From: Octopus sinensis
Taxonomy: Eukaryota
Direction: 5' to 3'
Assembly: GCF_006345805.1 (NCBI RefSeq)
Contig: NC_043010.1
Span: forward strand, 26,722,001-26,786,000
Length of the DNA: 64,000 nucleotides
Below, in pieces: positions 12,030 to 25,529 of this stretch. Under the pieces are notes generated by a model that worked only from the letters and a program-made list of their open reading frames with translations, was not told where the DNA came from and did not search any database. Position 1 is the stretch's first letter. Each line of letters starts with the position of its first letter. A program made the position numbers and the translations under genes.

Positions 12030-12825
12030 GTCCCACTGCATGGCACTTTGGGCAAGTGTCTTCTACTATAACCTCAGGCCGACTAAGGCTTTGTGAGTGG
12101 ATGTAGTAGATGGAAACTAGAAGAAGCCCATTGAATATATATATATATATATATAAAATTATAATTTATGGTATCTAAGAGATACCGTCACGCTGAAAAT
12201 AGCAGCCAAAACCTGACTCTAAAACCACATTAAGTGTTCATACAGCACCAGGAGAGAAGACAAAAAGACAAAATAAACTAGCAAAAAATTACTGGATAAT
12301 TCCACATCCTAGATTTCTGGCTTGGCATAAGAAATGCTTTGCCCCGTCAGTGGAATATATGCAGATAATAACATAACTAAACACACACACATATATATAT
12401 ATATATATAACATACAAATACTCACATATACAAACGTACACACATATATATATATGCACATATGCACACGACCAGTTTAAATTGCATAACTCCTTATGCA
12501 ATATGGTTAAAACATCACCGCAGTAAATACAATGACAAAATAAATATAAAAATAAAAATAAAAAATATAGATTTAAAAATTTTTATATATATATATGTAT
12601 ATTTATGCGTGTGTGACTTTGTGCCTGTGTTTGTCCCCCTGCCATCGCTTAACAATGAATTTTGGTGTGTTTATGTCCCTGTAACTTAACAGTTCAACAA
12701 AAGAGATTGATAGAATAAGTACGAGGCTTACAAAGAATAAGTCCTGGGGTCGAGTCATTCAACTAAGGCAGTGCTCCAGCACAGCATCAATCAAATGAGT
12801 TAAACAAGTAAAAGAATAAAAGAAC
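12030..12825 (+). mobile_element. SINE-A head (12030-12135) and tail (12600-12825) fragments
   Basis: ggcactttgggcaagtgtcttctactata; gaataagtcctggggtcgag...gtaaaagaataaaag. Confidence 0.7.
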
Positions 12826-12846
12826 ACACACACATATATTGTTATA

Positions 12847-13106
12847 TATTGGGACGGTAATTTTTTTTCACCAAATAAACACATGCACTGTATATTTGTC
12901 TTTCAATTCAGCTTTATTTTTGGTCTTATTTTAGTGTCCTTTGCTTCGTCTGAAATCTTTCATTTCATGTCCTGTGACCTCTTAAGTGACTTTCCATCCC
13001 ATGGGTCCCCACTAAAATAAAAACAACAAGAAAGCTGATGTCAAGCACAAATATATAGGGTGTGTGTTTATTTGAAAAAGAATTTTTAAATTGCCATCCC
13101 CAAGTA
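12847..13106. mobile_element. Degenerate MITE-like element
   Basis: Imperfect inverted ends of about 55 bp: tgggacggtaattt...caaataaacaca...tatatttg versus rc tggggatggcaattt...caaataaacaca...tatatttg; TA flanks. Confidence 0.45.
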
Positions 13107-13229
13107 TAACAATACCTGTTTCAACACAGGATTTCATATCAAGAATCTTGCAAAACAATTTCATAAACACAGTATGCATACATACATATATGTTAACATA
13201 GAGCTGAAGATCAGTGAAAAATATCAATC

Positions 13230-13870
13230 AAATATTTGATTCATAAAAGAGATAGAGATGCAGGAAAAGCAGTGAAATGTGACAACCGATGCAGACTTTG
13301 TGGAGTTCACACTGAAGATGACACTGACATCATAAGTTGTCCGAAAATGTCATCACAGTATTATCTACTGATGAGACATGATGTAGCTAGGACACTCTAT
13401 AATGAAATCCGTCGGAAGGATAATCCTGAAGACAAAGAAATAAGAATCCACAATATGGTAGAAGCCATAGCCTCTCATAATAAAAAGGAATACTGGTGGA
13501 ATGTCTCAGTGAAGACCTCAATAAAATGTAAGCATAACAGACCTGATATAATGATTTGGGATAGAGAAGAGAAACTGTGCACAGTTGTGGAAATTAGCTG
13601 CCAAGCAGATGTTAACATACAGTGATAAAGAGAACACCTCCATTGAACTATTGAGAAATCTGCAGTTACTCTATCCAGATTACAAGTTCAGATTTATACC
13701 TGTAATTATTGAGGCCTTGGGATATGTGACACAATGTCTATGTACCAATCTTGAGAAATTAGGCTTCTCAAAACCAGAAAAGAGAAAGCTAATTCGAAGA
13801 CTACAGAACCAATCCATCACTGGAACTGTAAAAATCTGTAAAACTTTCCAGAAGTTTATCGTTTCAACTA
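13230..13870 (+). mobile_element. 3' fragment of an RLE non-LTR retrotransposon (R4/Dong-like, distinct subfamily)
   Basis: CRLCG zinc-knuckle start, RHD motif, NRPDIMIWD...VVEISC PD-(D/E)xK nuclease, IPVIIEALG. Confidence 0.85.
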
Positions 13871-13970
13871 TATGCATGAGAAGACATACATAAAACATAC
13901 AAATCTGCACATGCATGCATGCATACATACATACACACGTACTTACATACATACATATATACATACATAC

Positions 13971-14025
<55 letters not shown>

Positions 14026-14565
14026 CATACAAACAAAAATACCCAGTTATTGATGTTGAAATTCCTATAAAGGAGCCTTAGATCTAGGTTACAAATCAGC
14101 TCTTTCTCTATTTGCAAGAAATTTTGAGATAAAACTGAATAATGACATCCATACATACACACACACACACACACATTTATAAATTTCAGGATTCAAGCCA
14201 ATCAGGCCCTTAAATAAAAAAGCACCACAATCTGAAACAGCTATAGTGAACCACAATCTATCTGTTGTTATTTCTGTGTGTGTGTATGTGTGTGAAAATA
14301 TATTCCAGCCCTGCCATTCTCCAAAGAACAGGTCTCCTGTCTTCCCAAATATTCCAAGTCCTGTCCTTTCTTTATTTTTCTTTCCCATTTCAAAGACAAC
14401 ATCTTACATTGACATTTTCTATAGTTGTTGTTGTTGCTGCTGTTGTATATCCCTCATGTCAGTTTTAATCAAGCTGGTATATGATGAAAAGCATTCTAAC
14501 CATGGCCAACCAGCTGTTTTTATGGTAGTAGCTTAGATTATTTTATCTGATGTAGTACCCTACAC

Positions 14566-14639
<74 letters not shown>

Positions 14640-14699
14640 ACACACACACACACACACATATGAACTCCATGCATCTTACACACACATGGGCATGCCTAC

Positions 14700-15010
14700 A
14701 TAGTCAGAAAACAGCACAGCTCCCATGACTTTTGGAAGCATTTTTCCACACCCAGAGTTGCTGAAGCATGGAACAAACTACCTGCATCAGTTGTCAGTTG
14801 CCAAGACATTGCATTCTTTAAAACCTCCATGCTTTCCGAAATTTGCCAATACTACATCTGATATCCTCCCCTCCATATGCATGCATACATGTATATCGTT
14901 AATTTTACATTGTTCACTTTCCTGACTTTTGTACATAATTCTATGTACTGTACATGCATCTTTGATGAGTTGTAGTGCACCTGAGCTCTGTACACAATAA
15001 TTTCATTATT
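14700..15010 (+). mobile_element. CR1/L2-group LINE 3' end
   Basis: Translates as FSTPRVAEAWNKLPASVVSCQDIAFFKTSM, the RV..WN.LP..VV...FK C-terminal signature of CR1-like ORF2, followed by a 3' UTR. Confidence 0.7.
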
Positions 15011-15355
15011 ATTATTTTGTGTTTGACTTTTGCTTTGCATTTGTACAAGTTGGCTTCAAGTCTCACCCTGAGACCTCAAGAGAAAAGTTAGAAGTTCATA
15101 TTGGTGTTATGAATAGGGTGCTGTATATTTGGTTTTGTACATAGTGTTGTTCTAGAGAATGTTTAAGAAACCATAAGAAAATTATGTGTTTTGTTTTAAA
15201 ATTTGAGATTACATAGACAGTATTTTACGTAAAATATGGGCAGTTCCCATATTCTACATAATTTCTGCCATTTTGGGGTTTCCTGAGCTAGGTAGCAATC
15301 AGCCTCTTTTGCTATCATTCCTTGGATACCTATGACAACAGGTATTGTTTTAAGC
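15005..15355 (-). mobile_element. Dong/R4 3' end relic, same subfamily as the 45-54 kb array
   Basis: IPVVIGIQGMIAKEADCYL; 3' UTR ggtgagacttgaagccaacttgtacaaatgcaaagcaaaagtcaaac followed by (TAA)n. Confidence 0.82.
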
Positions 15356-16229
15356 CTTATTATTGTTGTTGTTGTTGTTGTTGCTGCTGTTGGTGTTGTT
15401 GTTGTTGCTGCTGTTGCTGAAGTTGTTATATTTCTAGATGGTAGATACCATGACTTGAAACAAGGTTTTGCCATCTATTTCTAGCGTATAGCGATTCTTT
15501 CATTCTTGGGCCCAAAGTTTATTTAGTGGTAGATGAGTTTGTGTGTGTGTGTGTGTGTTTGTGTGTGACACATAGCCTTTAACAGTAAAGAGCAATAGAG
15601 ATTCCATACCATCATCATCATCACCACCACCGCAATCACTGATGCTGCCACCATCACCACCATCACCTCCACCACCACCATCATCACCATCATTGTTGTC
15701 GTCATCATTATCATCATCATCATCATCTCTGTTTTCATTATCATTGACATTAACATTGTTGTTGTCAATGTCCATTGTCATCATAAATATCATCGTCATC
15801 GTCATCACTATTGTTGTCGTCATTGTCAAAATATTCACTTTTATTTTTAAATGTTTCTTGTGTATAAAACAATGTTATGATTCAAAAATTGTATGGGAGT
15901 AGTGTGTGTGTGTGTCCCTAAGCTAACTTGCTTGTTCGCTGTGCGCCCGCCCTCACCCACCCCCACCATCAGTACCGGATATCTCTACTGTGTTTCCCTT
16001 CTGGATATCCCTCCTCCCACAACTATAACAGTTGTCTATTCTCACACATACTTCATGGGCTTTCTTATGCTCTGCTCTATCCAGGAATTTGTTAACACCC
16101 CTTAAGTTAACTCTTTTTCCAATTCCTTCTCCTTCACTGGTGCTGCCCCCTACATTCTTCTCTTCTTTCTCTATTCTCTCCCGTTCTATTTCTTATCTCT
16201 TTCCTTCTCTTTATCCCCCTCCCTTGGCC

Positions 16230-19200
16230 TTATGAAATGAAGTGAAGCAAAAAGCTATTAGGCTGCCCTTGTCAGGACAGGTCCAATGTATGCAGCATCG
16301 GATCCTACTACTGGTAAACTGTAAACCAGTACAACCTGTGTCAGTGGGGTAGAAAGGGCTCCTTAGCCGTAGTGAAGGCAACCTGTCTAGGGAGATAACC
16401 TTACAATAAATCACTCGGTCTGTAGCTTAGAAATACTGGGTTGACGTCCAGTGGGAACAGCTTTGTTTCATGGAGGAGGAAAGACCGTCTTTTGTGCTTG
16501 GTTGTACACTGCTTTCCAATGTGTGTAGTAGCGGCGCACGCACACATAATTTGCCATTTGAAAAGACTATGGAGTTTACAATTAACTGCACCAGGGTTTC
16601 TATTCCCAGGGAACCAGACTTAATGGTATACCTGCGGATGTAGGTCCAGCTCCTGCTTTGCTGGGTCCTGTCTCTGATCATGTTGCACCTCCAAGGGCAT
16701 CCAATGATGGTGATGCCCTCAATCTTAACGGACGGGTATCACCTGATGAAGAAGAGTCAGCTCCCAACCAAACAACACCAAATAAACATCTCATCAGCCG
16801 TAAAAATCATACGATACTCAGCATCTTCAATGCCTGCACCCTCGGTTCTCTCAGCCGTTTAGAAGAACTTGGTGCAAATGCAGAATCACACAGCATTGAT
16901 ATAATAGCTGTCCAAGAACACCGATTCTACCACCCTGACGACATCCTCAAATACCACGAAGTCGGTTCTTATCAATTTGTAACCTCTTCAGCATCAAAGA
17001 ATACTGTTAATTCAACAGTTGGAGGTATCGGCTTTCTACTTTCATCAAAAGCTAATGATACTCTCTTGAGTATAGAGTCAATCTCACCTAGAATTATGGT
17101 GCATGAGATAGATGGAAATCCGAAAACAACATTGGTATGTCCACATAATTCGTCTGTGGCAGACGAGATTGAGAATTTTTATACAACCCTTCTTTCAACC
17201 ATTGAGCAAGTACCTCTCCATAATTTTCTAGTTATAGCTGGTGATCTGAATGCTAGACTAGGACCCGATGAGACCAAGTTTACTTTCAACTCTAAAACTA
17301 ATCGGAATGGGGAAATACTCAAAGACTTTTTAGAGGAATTTAATTTTTACACCTCCAACAATTATTTTATGAAATCAAAAGGACAACTTTGGACATTCGA
17401 GTCCCCACTTGGTGATAGGGCACAAATTGACTACCTCATTTTTCGAAAGAAGTGGCGCAAAGACTCGAGATCCTACTCTTCCTTTAGTTCTGTTGGCTTT
17501 GACCACAGAATTGTATCAGCTACCGTTAAGCTTAGTTTTCGCTCATCCGAAAAAGCTAAGCCTCACCTGATGAAAACAATTGACTGGGAAGAAGTCTTAT
17601 CTAACCCTGATATGTCCAAGCAATTTACTATTGAGGTCTATAACAAATTTCAATCTTTGTCTACTTCTGAAATAGATGCTGAGAACATTGAAGAAGTCTA
17701 CAGCGGCCTCATCAATTCAACAGAGGAAGTTGCACTGGCTACTCTTCCCAAAAAGAAGAGTAGGGGCCAGAGCAAACCTTCTAATTCTCCAAATGTCATC
17801 GAAGCCAGAAACCATCTAAAGTCTATATCACTAGCTTACCACCGTTCTCCATCTCAGTCACTGAAGATCCAACTCATAACTGCCAAGAAGAATTTTGATG
17901 ATGCTTACTTGAACGCCGAGGTCGACTTTATCAACGGCAAAATTAGCAACCTATCCAAAGAACATATTAGTAAAAAACACCATCTCACCTGGAAATCCAT
18001 CAAAGACCTATCTGGCAAAAATTCTGGGTCATCAATTAGAATTAAAGGGGGATCAGCTAAGAAACATTTAGAAAATTGGTCAATTCATTTTAAAAACCTT
18101 CTTAGGAAGAATGCCAAAATCCCTGATAACCCCACTCTTCCAAAGTGCCTATATCAGATACACTGGACATCAACACCATATTTTACCATATTTGAACTAA
18201 CAGCAGCCACTAAGCAACTGAAAGCCTCGAAAGCATTTGGTCCCGACAACATCCCACATTTGCTCCATCTTTGCAACCATACACTTTCCTCTTTTGTAGC
18301 TCCAAAGATTTGGCACCAATCTCAAATCATCCCAATACCAAAAAAAAGTGATTTATCCCTCATCACCAACTACAGGGGTATATCTCTAATGTCAATTGCT
18401 GCAAAATTGTACAACAAACTGATTCTAAATCGTCTCATCCTTTTTGTTGAACCTTTGCTCTGAAAGAACCAAAATGAATTCAGACATGGGCGCTCAACGC
18501 TGAGCTAGATACTATGCCTACACAAACTTATTGAAGAATCAAAAGCATTTAATCACGATCTTGCAACGGTGTTTGTAGACTTCTCTAAAGCGTTCGACTC
18601 TGTAGATAGGTACTAGATGTTTGAAATCCTTAAGCTCTATGGGATTCCAGACAAAATTATTTCTGCCATCAAGGTCCTCTACACAGATACGTCTTCAACC
18701 ATCTTAACCCCTGATGGAGAAACAGCATCTTTCTCAATCAAAGCCGGAATACTGCAGGGAGACACACTCACCCCATTTCTCTTCATCATTGTTGTTGACT
18801 ATGTGCTATGTATGTCAGTTGATACCATTTCTGGCAAGGGCTTTGAAATAAAACCTAGAAGAAGTTCCAGACACCCAGCTGAATACTTGACAGACACTGA
18901 CTTTGCTGACGACATCGCTCTTATCAGTGATTCTCTCTCCAATGCCCAGTCTCTTTTACAATCTCTCGAACAAGCCTCAAATTGTGTAGGTCTTTACCTC
19001 AATGAGGCCAAGACTGAATATGTAAACAAGTGCCTGTCCAACAGTGATTGCATCATCCATACTCTCAACAATACGCCCTTAAATATGGTTTCTGATTATA
19101 AATATCTTGGGTCATACATATCATCATCTGGAAAAGATTTTCTAACTAGAAAGGGTATGGCCTGGTCAGCCTATAAGGATATGCATAAGATCTGGTCATC

Positions 19201-19658
19201 AAATCTAAGCAGAGACTTCAAACTTAAAATCTTCAAAGCCACAGTCAAACTAATTCTACTATATGGCTCAGAAACCTGGACGTTATCAAAGAAGCTTGAG
19301 AGGCAGTTGGATGGAACCTACACTCACCTCCTTATGAGAGCTCAAAATCTCTCATGGAAGCATCATCCAACCAAAATGCAAATATATGGGAAACTACCAC
19401 CTGTGTCATCTCTTGTGAAAGGTAGGAGAGTCCAGTTTGCTGGACATTGTTGTAGAGCTGAAAACAAGGCAATTTTTACTCTTCTCCTCTGGAAGCCATC
19501 TACTCGCGATACCAGAGGGCGCACACTCTCCTACTCTGATGTAATCTCCAGGGATACAGGCAACAGGACCTCCGTAATGTTATGATGGACCGTGAAATTT
19601 GGCGTAGCATGGTAAATTCCATTGTCTCGACCACGGTCGAACAATGATGATGATGATG
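16230..19658 (+). mobile_element. Near full-length RTE-clade LINE (second lineage)
   Basis: 5' UTR ggcaacctgtctagggagataacc; APE and RT ORF; 3' hairpin tcgacc-ac-ggtcga followed by a (GAT)n tail. Confidence 0.93.
16658..19585 (+). pseudogene. RTE ORF (APE endonuclease and reverse transcriptase), one frame with three in-frame stops
   Basis: AVQEHR, AGDLNARLG, QIDYL, DHRIV, NYRGISL, VDFSKAFDS, GILQGDTL, FADDIAL, YKYLGS, LLYGSETW. ORFs 16658 and 18617 share a frame; the stops read EPLL*KNQ, LS*IL and RY*MF. Confidence 0.92.
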
Positions 19659-19669
19659 TGTGTGTATTA

Positions 19670-19985
19670 TTAAGGCAGTGAGCTGGCAGAATGGTTAGCA
19701 TGCCAGTAAATGCTTAGCGGCATTTCATCCATCTTCACGTTCTGACTTCAAATTCCATCGAGGCCGATTTTACCTTTCATTGTTGCAGGGTCGATAAAAT
19801 AAGTCCCAGTCAAACACAAAAGTTGCCATCATTATCATCATCATCATTTAATATCTGTTTTCTAAGCTGGCAAGGATTGGACTGTTTGACAGGGGCTGGC
19901 TAGGAAGAAGATGGCACAGGTTTCACTGTTTTGGCAGGGTTTTTAATGCTGGATGCCCTTCCTGACACCAACCATCTTACAAAAT
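19670..19985. mobile_element. SINE-B (plus, 19670-19810) and RTE-3p fragment (minus, 19830-19985)
   Basis: gagctggcagaatggttagc...gggtcgataaaataag; ggatgcccttcctgacaccaacc. Confidence 0.7.
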
Positions 19986-20029
19986 GGATGTAATTAATTA
20001 GCATATATAGTATAGATGTAATTAATTTG

Positions 20030-21155
20030 TATGAGTGGCTGTGTGGTAAGAAGCTTGCTTCCCAACCAGATAGTTACGGGTTCAGTCCTACTATGTGGCA
20101 CTTTGGACAAGTGTTTTCTACTATAGCTCTGTGAGTGGATTTGGTAGATGGAAACTAAAAGAAGCCTGACGTATATATATATATATAATAAAAGGGTAAA
20201 ATTAATTAATTAATTAATGATTAATAATTTTACCTAGTAGTTCAGTACTATAAAATAACCTTTTTTAGGTAAAATTATACAAATATTCTATAATTATAAG
20301 CATAATTATAATCAGGGGTCAGCTAATTGCTTCACCACACACCGAATTTAGAAATAGGAGTTAAAATGCCTCTTCTGCTACCATAGAGATCTCCAAGACT
20401 ATAACACACTTTTTTACGTAGGCGAAAAGAAAAAATAACGAATCCACACAACTCAGATTAGCTACATATGCATTTCCGGATTAAAGTAAAGTAATATTTA
20501 TTTATTTTACTGCGCCGAACTACTTGGTAAAATTATTAATTATAAATTAATTGATTGATTAATTAATTAATTAATTAATTTTGCCCTTTATTATTATTAT
20601 TGAAATATAATTTACTCCCTGAACGGAAACTGCAGTTTCTGCAGGATTACTCGTAACACGCGTAGGTATTAAGGATGAATGCGTGTTCACCTTTGGCTGT
20701 ATATTTTTGGAAGTGTTGGTTGAATATCAGTTATGTGATGATGCTTGATTGCGTACATATTTAATTCTAACACTCTCAAATTTATATCTTAAAATGCTGA
20801 ACTGAAGAGGTGAAATAAGTAAGTAAATATTACTTTATTTTAATTCCAAAACACGTATGTGGCTAATCCGAATCGTGTGGCTTTGTTATTTTTCCCTTTG
20901 CCTATGTAAAAAAAGTGTGTTATTGTCTGAGAGATCTTTATAATAGCAAAAAAGGCATTTTAACTCCTATTTCTAAATTTGGTGAGAGGCAAAGCAATTA
21001 GCTGACCCCTGATTATAATTATGTTTATAATTAGAGAATATATATATATATATACTAAGTAATTAAGTAATACATGCCGAAATCTACTTGGTGAAATTAA
21101 TGATTATTCCAAATTAATTAATTTCACCCTATATTATTATTGATAATTATATATA

Positions 21156-21189
<34 letters not shown>

Positions 21190-21395
21190 CTTGTGTCTGC
21201 TGTGTTTGTCCTCCCCACCATTGCTTGACAACAGATGTCGGTGTGTTTCTTCTGCATTACATAAGGTTTTGGCAAAAGGAGACTGATAGAATAAGCACTA
21301 GGCTTACGAAGAATAAGTCCTGGGGTTGATTTGTTCGACTAAAAGCAGTGCTGCAGCATGGCCACAATCAACTGACTAAAACATATAAAAGAATA
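20030..21395 (+). mobile_element. SINE-A copy split at its internal (TA)n (head 20030-20175, tail 21190-21395)
   Basis: The head ends gaagcctgacgtatatat and the tail resumes tgtgtttgtcctcccaccattgcttgacaac in the same orientation. Confidence 0.7.
20187..21135. mobile_element. AT-rich inverted-repeat element(s) inserted in (TA)n
   Basis: 20190-20500 is an imperfect inverted copy of 20820-21135 (attataatcaggggtcagctaattgc...ttagaaataggagttaaaatgcc). 20187-20590 also has its own inverted ends aagggtaaaattaatt / aattaattttgccctt. Confidence 0.7.
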
Positions 21396-21664
21396 CACAC
21401 ACACATATACACATACATACACACACACACATACATGCACACACACACACACAGTAGGCTTCAGCATAGTTTCTATTTCCTAAATTACTTTCTTAGATTA
21501 TTGGTTAACCTGAGTCTACAGTTGAAGGCACTTACCGAAGGTGCCAATAAGCGGAACTGAACTCAGTCATAAGCAGTTTCGAGTTCAACTGTGAAGTGAA
21601 TTTCTTAACCACACAACCAGGCCTGCACCTGCTTGTGATCTTGTTTATTTTATTTATATATGTT

Positions 21665-22052
21665 GGCTCCCATGCCGGTGACACGTGAAAGCATGATCAA
21701 GCATGATCATTGCTAGTGTCGCCGTACTGGCACATGTGCCAGTGGTATGTGTAAAACAACATTCGAGCGTGGTCATTGCCAGCACCGCCGGACTGGCTCC
21801 TATGCAGGTAGCACATAAAAACACCTTTTGAGCATGAGCGTGGTCGTTGCCAGAACTGCCGGCCCTTGTGCCGGTGGCATGTGAAAAACACCCACTACAC
21901 TCTTGGAGTAGTTAGTGTTAGGAAGGGCATCCAGCTGTAGAAATTTTGCCAGACCAGATTGAGCCTGTTGCAGCCTCTGACTCACCAGTCCTCAGTCAAA
22001 CCGTCCAACCCATGCCAGCATGGAAAACGGACGTTAAACGATGATGATGATG
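21665..22052 (+). mobile_element. RTE-3p fragment
   Basis: gtgccggtggc hairpin modules, gttaggaagggcatccagctgtagaaa, (GAT)n tail. Confidence 0.82.
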
Positions 22053-22379
22053 TGGTGGATGCCCCCAGGTGAGAAGTGGCCTGGTCCACTGCTAATAAAT
22101 AGTGGCCCGACACCGTCAGTAGTGTCAGTCAGCGAGGTACGCTGTTGGGGCCAGTCCTACAGAGATGACAGAATATATCAGCATAATGTGGGACATAACC
22201 GTGGCGATGAGGATTCCTAGCTCATACAGCCACTGCTGTGTAGGGGCAGGACATAACAATATGACATTTAGAATTGTAACAGAAGACAAAGGAAGTAGTT
22301 TTGTTTGAAAGCACCAGTTTATTGATCGCCTTGCTGATGTTTGCATCTTACAGTCGCATACATCAGTCAATGGTGATAC

Positions 22380-23185
22380 ACTCATGCATACACATACACA
22401 CACATATGCATAAACACACATACACTCATATGCACTCACACATACAACTACAATAATATACATCTACACAAATATACATATACACACATCTACATACACA
22501 AATATACACATACACACATATACATACACAAACATAAACATACACACACATATGCAAACATTCACATTCACATACACACACATATGCAAACATCCACATT
22601 CACATACACTCACACATACAACATACATACACACATACTCATACACATACATACACGCACACTTACACAAACAAACATTCACACACACATTCGCATTCAC
22701 CCACATGCACATACACACACATACACATACACGCACATACATACATACTCATACACATATACACATACATACACACACATACAGACATACACATACACGC
22801 ACATACACACATACTCATACATACACACACATACAGACATACACATACACAAATATAAACATACACACATATACGGAAACATACACACATATACATTCAC
22901 CCACATGCACATACACACACACACATACTCATACACATACACACATACACGCATACATATGCATAAACATAAACATACACACATATGCATTCACCCACAT
23001 GCACATACACACACATACACATACATAAACATACGCACACACTCAAACATACACATACATTCACCCACATGCACATACATACACACACACATAAACAAAT
23101 ATACACATACACAAACATACACACATACACAAACATACACACATACACATTCACCCACATACACACACACATATACATATACACA
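22380..23185. repeat. CA/TA-rich degenerate minisatellite
   Basis: Recurring blocks such as cattcacccacatgcacatacac and catactcatacac; source of the His/Thr and Val/Cys ORFs. Confidence 0.9.
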
Positions 23186-23289
23186 AGCTTATAGGTATAC
23201 ACATATAATTTTCATGGTCTGATGATTCTCTACTGAGATGAAACTGTCAGACCTGTGAAGAATTTCACCTTGAGGATTGAGAAGCTCAC

Positions 23290-23720
23290 TCCCCGACCTT
23301 GTGGTCTTGGATTCAGTCGCACTCCATGGTACTCTGCGCAGCTGTCCTTCTACTATGGCCCCTGACTGGCCAAAGCCTTGTGAATGGATTTGGTAGGCAG
23401 AAATTGAGAGATGACCATCAATGACCATCGTATATATTTACGTGTATGCATGTGTGGGTGTTGTGTGTGTGTTGTTTGTGTGTGTGTGTTGTTTGTGTAG
23501 GTGTATCTATGTGTGAATGTCTTTGTGCTTGTGTTTGTACCTTGCACCGTTTGACAGCTGGTGTTTGTTTATTTATGTCCCCCATAACTGAGCAGTTCAA
23601 AAATATTTGATAGAATAAATACCAAGCTTAAAGAAAAAAATGTTAGTGGGGGTTGATTTCTTCAACTGAACACATCATAGTGGTGCCCCAGCATGGCCAC
23701 AGTCCAAGGACTGAAACAAG
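23290..23720 (-). mobile_element. Diverged SINE-A copy
   Basis: Head rc (ccaaagccttgtgaatggatttggtag) and tail rc (gcatggccacagtc...gaaacaagtaaaaag) separated by a microsatellite. Confidence 0.65.
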
Positions 23721-23763
23721 TAAAAAGTCAAAGCTAAAAGGTAGCCTACACCGTATGTGGACA

Positions 23764-24098
23764 GGATGCCAAATGTCTGAAGCCAAGAAGCCGAACGGAC
23801 AGTAAAGCTAAACAGACACAATACCAAACAGACATAAAGTTGAATGGACAGAATGTCAAACGGCCATAAAGCTGAACAGACAAAATACCAAATGGACATA
23901 AAGCTGGATGGACAGAATGTCAAATGGACATAAAGCCGGATGGACATAATAAAAAACAAATAGTTTGATGACCAATTCACAAGATTTAATGAGATTAAAT
24001 TTTAATTTTCGTATATCTTTTCAGCATCTTGTCCATTCAGCATTGTGTCCATTTGGCTTCTTGGCTTCAGCAAAGATGCAAAGATGCATTCAGCATCC
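23764..24098. mobile_element. Second copy of the foldback minisatellite element, opposite orientation
   Basis: Ends ggatgccaaatg... / ...cattcagcatcc; same gccaaatggacataaagc units; shared spacer atagtttgatgaccaatt. Confidence 0.7.
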
Positions 24099-25169
24099 CC
24101 TACATGTACCCCCTACACATTTACAGAACTTTCTGTCTCCTGGAGGAAGCCATACTTAATATTACAGATAAAGATAATGGACTTCTTCATCATTACCATC
24201 CTTTAGGATTCACCTGCAAGACTTGGATCAAACTCTAAGATTATGGTTGTAAACTTTTATCCAAGGTGTTATGCAGTGGGACTGAACCCAGATCTATGGA
24301 GTTGTAAAGTGAACTTTCTAACCTCACAATCATTCTGATGGTTAGCTGGAGGGGTTGGGAGTTAGATGGAGTGGAGCAATGATTGCCATCATCACCACCT
24401 ATGTCGTCAATGTCAGCATCATTATCATCAGCTCCATCATTATCATCAGCTCCATCATTATCATTATCCATCTCCTTCTCTTCCTCCTTCTCATCACCAT
24501 TAACGCTACCACCATTAACGCTACCATCATCACCATTACTACTACTATCACTCATCCTTATGATACTGGTCATCTTTATCACAATCACAATCATCAGCAC
24601 TGTACATCATCATCATCATCACTGCCATCATCACCAACATTGTATTAATTATCATCATCTTCATCGTATATATATATATATATATATATATCATCATCAT
24701 TATCATCATGAACATTGTCATCATTATCATCATCATCCTCATCATCATTACCATCAGTAGCAGCACCATCATCATTTGGAAAACATTTTTTTTATTGTTT
24801 TAAATTCTTTTTATTTCTTTTACTTTCTATGTCAATTTACGTGTTTTTAAAATTTCTGGAGTTCAAAGCTAAAAGTTTAAGCAGACATTATCACTGGAAT
24901 CTTGAGGAGAGACAAATGCTGATGTTTCTTTGAAAAACATGCAGTGAACTAAATGATTTTTGTCTCTTGAAATATTTGTTATTTTAATTTGTGTTTTTTT
25001 CTATTTTTGTTTTTCCCTTTCAACACAAATAAGTATATCTTACTTTCTTCCTTTTCCTATAAATCTAAGCAACCATCTTACCATTAAATTAAGGAATTAA
25101 AGATATTTTGTAGGAGGTTTTTTGTTGGAGTTTTATTATTTTTTTTATTGTGATTTAGTCCAAGATGTT

Positions 25170-25525
25170 GTGAGCTTTCTAGATTCTTCTTAATTTAAGC
25201 AAGGCACTGTTAGCATTACCAGATCTGATACTAACTTCTTTTCCTGTATTTCCATTTACAACTGATGTTACTGCCAAGATACTTGAAGTCTTTGCAATGT
25301 TCTTCCAAGTGTTCTCTATCTACATGGATTAAGTTCTTAACTGACCATTGTCCAATCCTTGTCACTTCATTTTTCTCCTTTTGTCTTGCAGCTCTAATGG
25401 TCAATCAGTTTTTTTATCGATGCTATAAAAACAACTGTCGGTCATTTCTTATATTTCTGTTTCGTCCTCAGCAATCAATGCCAGGTCACCTGCTATCTCT
25501 CCTTGTGAATCCATTGTGATGGTCT
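25170..25525 (-). mobile_element. Old RTE-like RT relic
   Basis: rc translates in pieces as GDLALIAED (ADD-like), DFKYLGS and EVSIRSGNANSA. Confidence 0.55.
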
Positions 25526-25529
25526 AATG

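Noticed and set aside
22080-22370. Possible LTR fragment (aataaa...ttaca on the minus strand)
   Set aside because: No second LTR, primer-binding site, polypurine tract or TSD found.
22464-23222. His/Thr-rich and Cys/Val-rich ORFs up to 212 aa
   Set aside because: Products of the CA/TA minisatellite.
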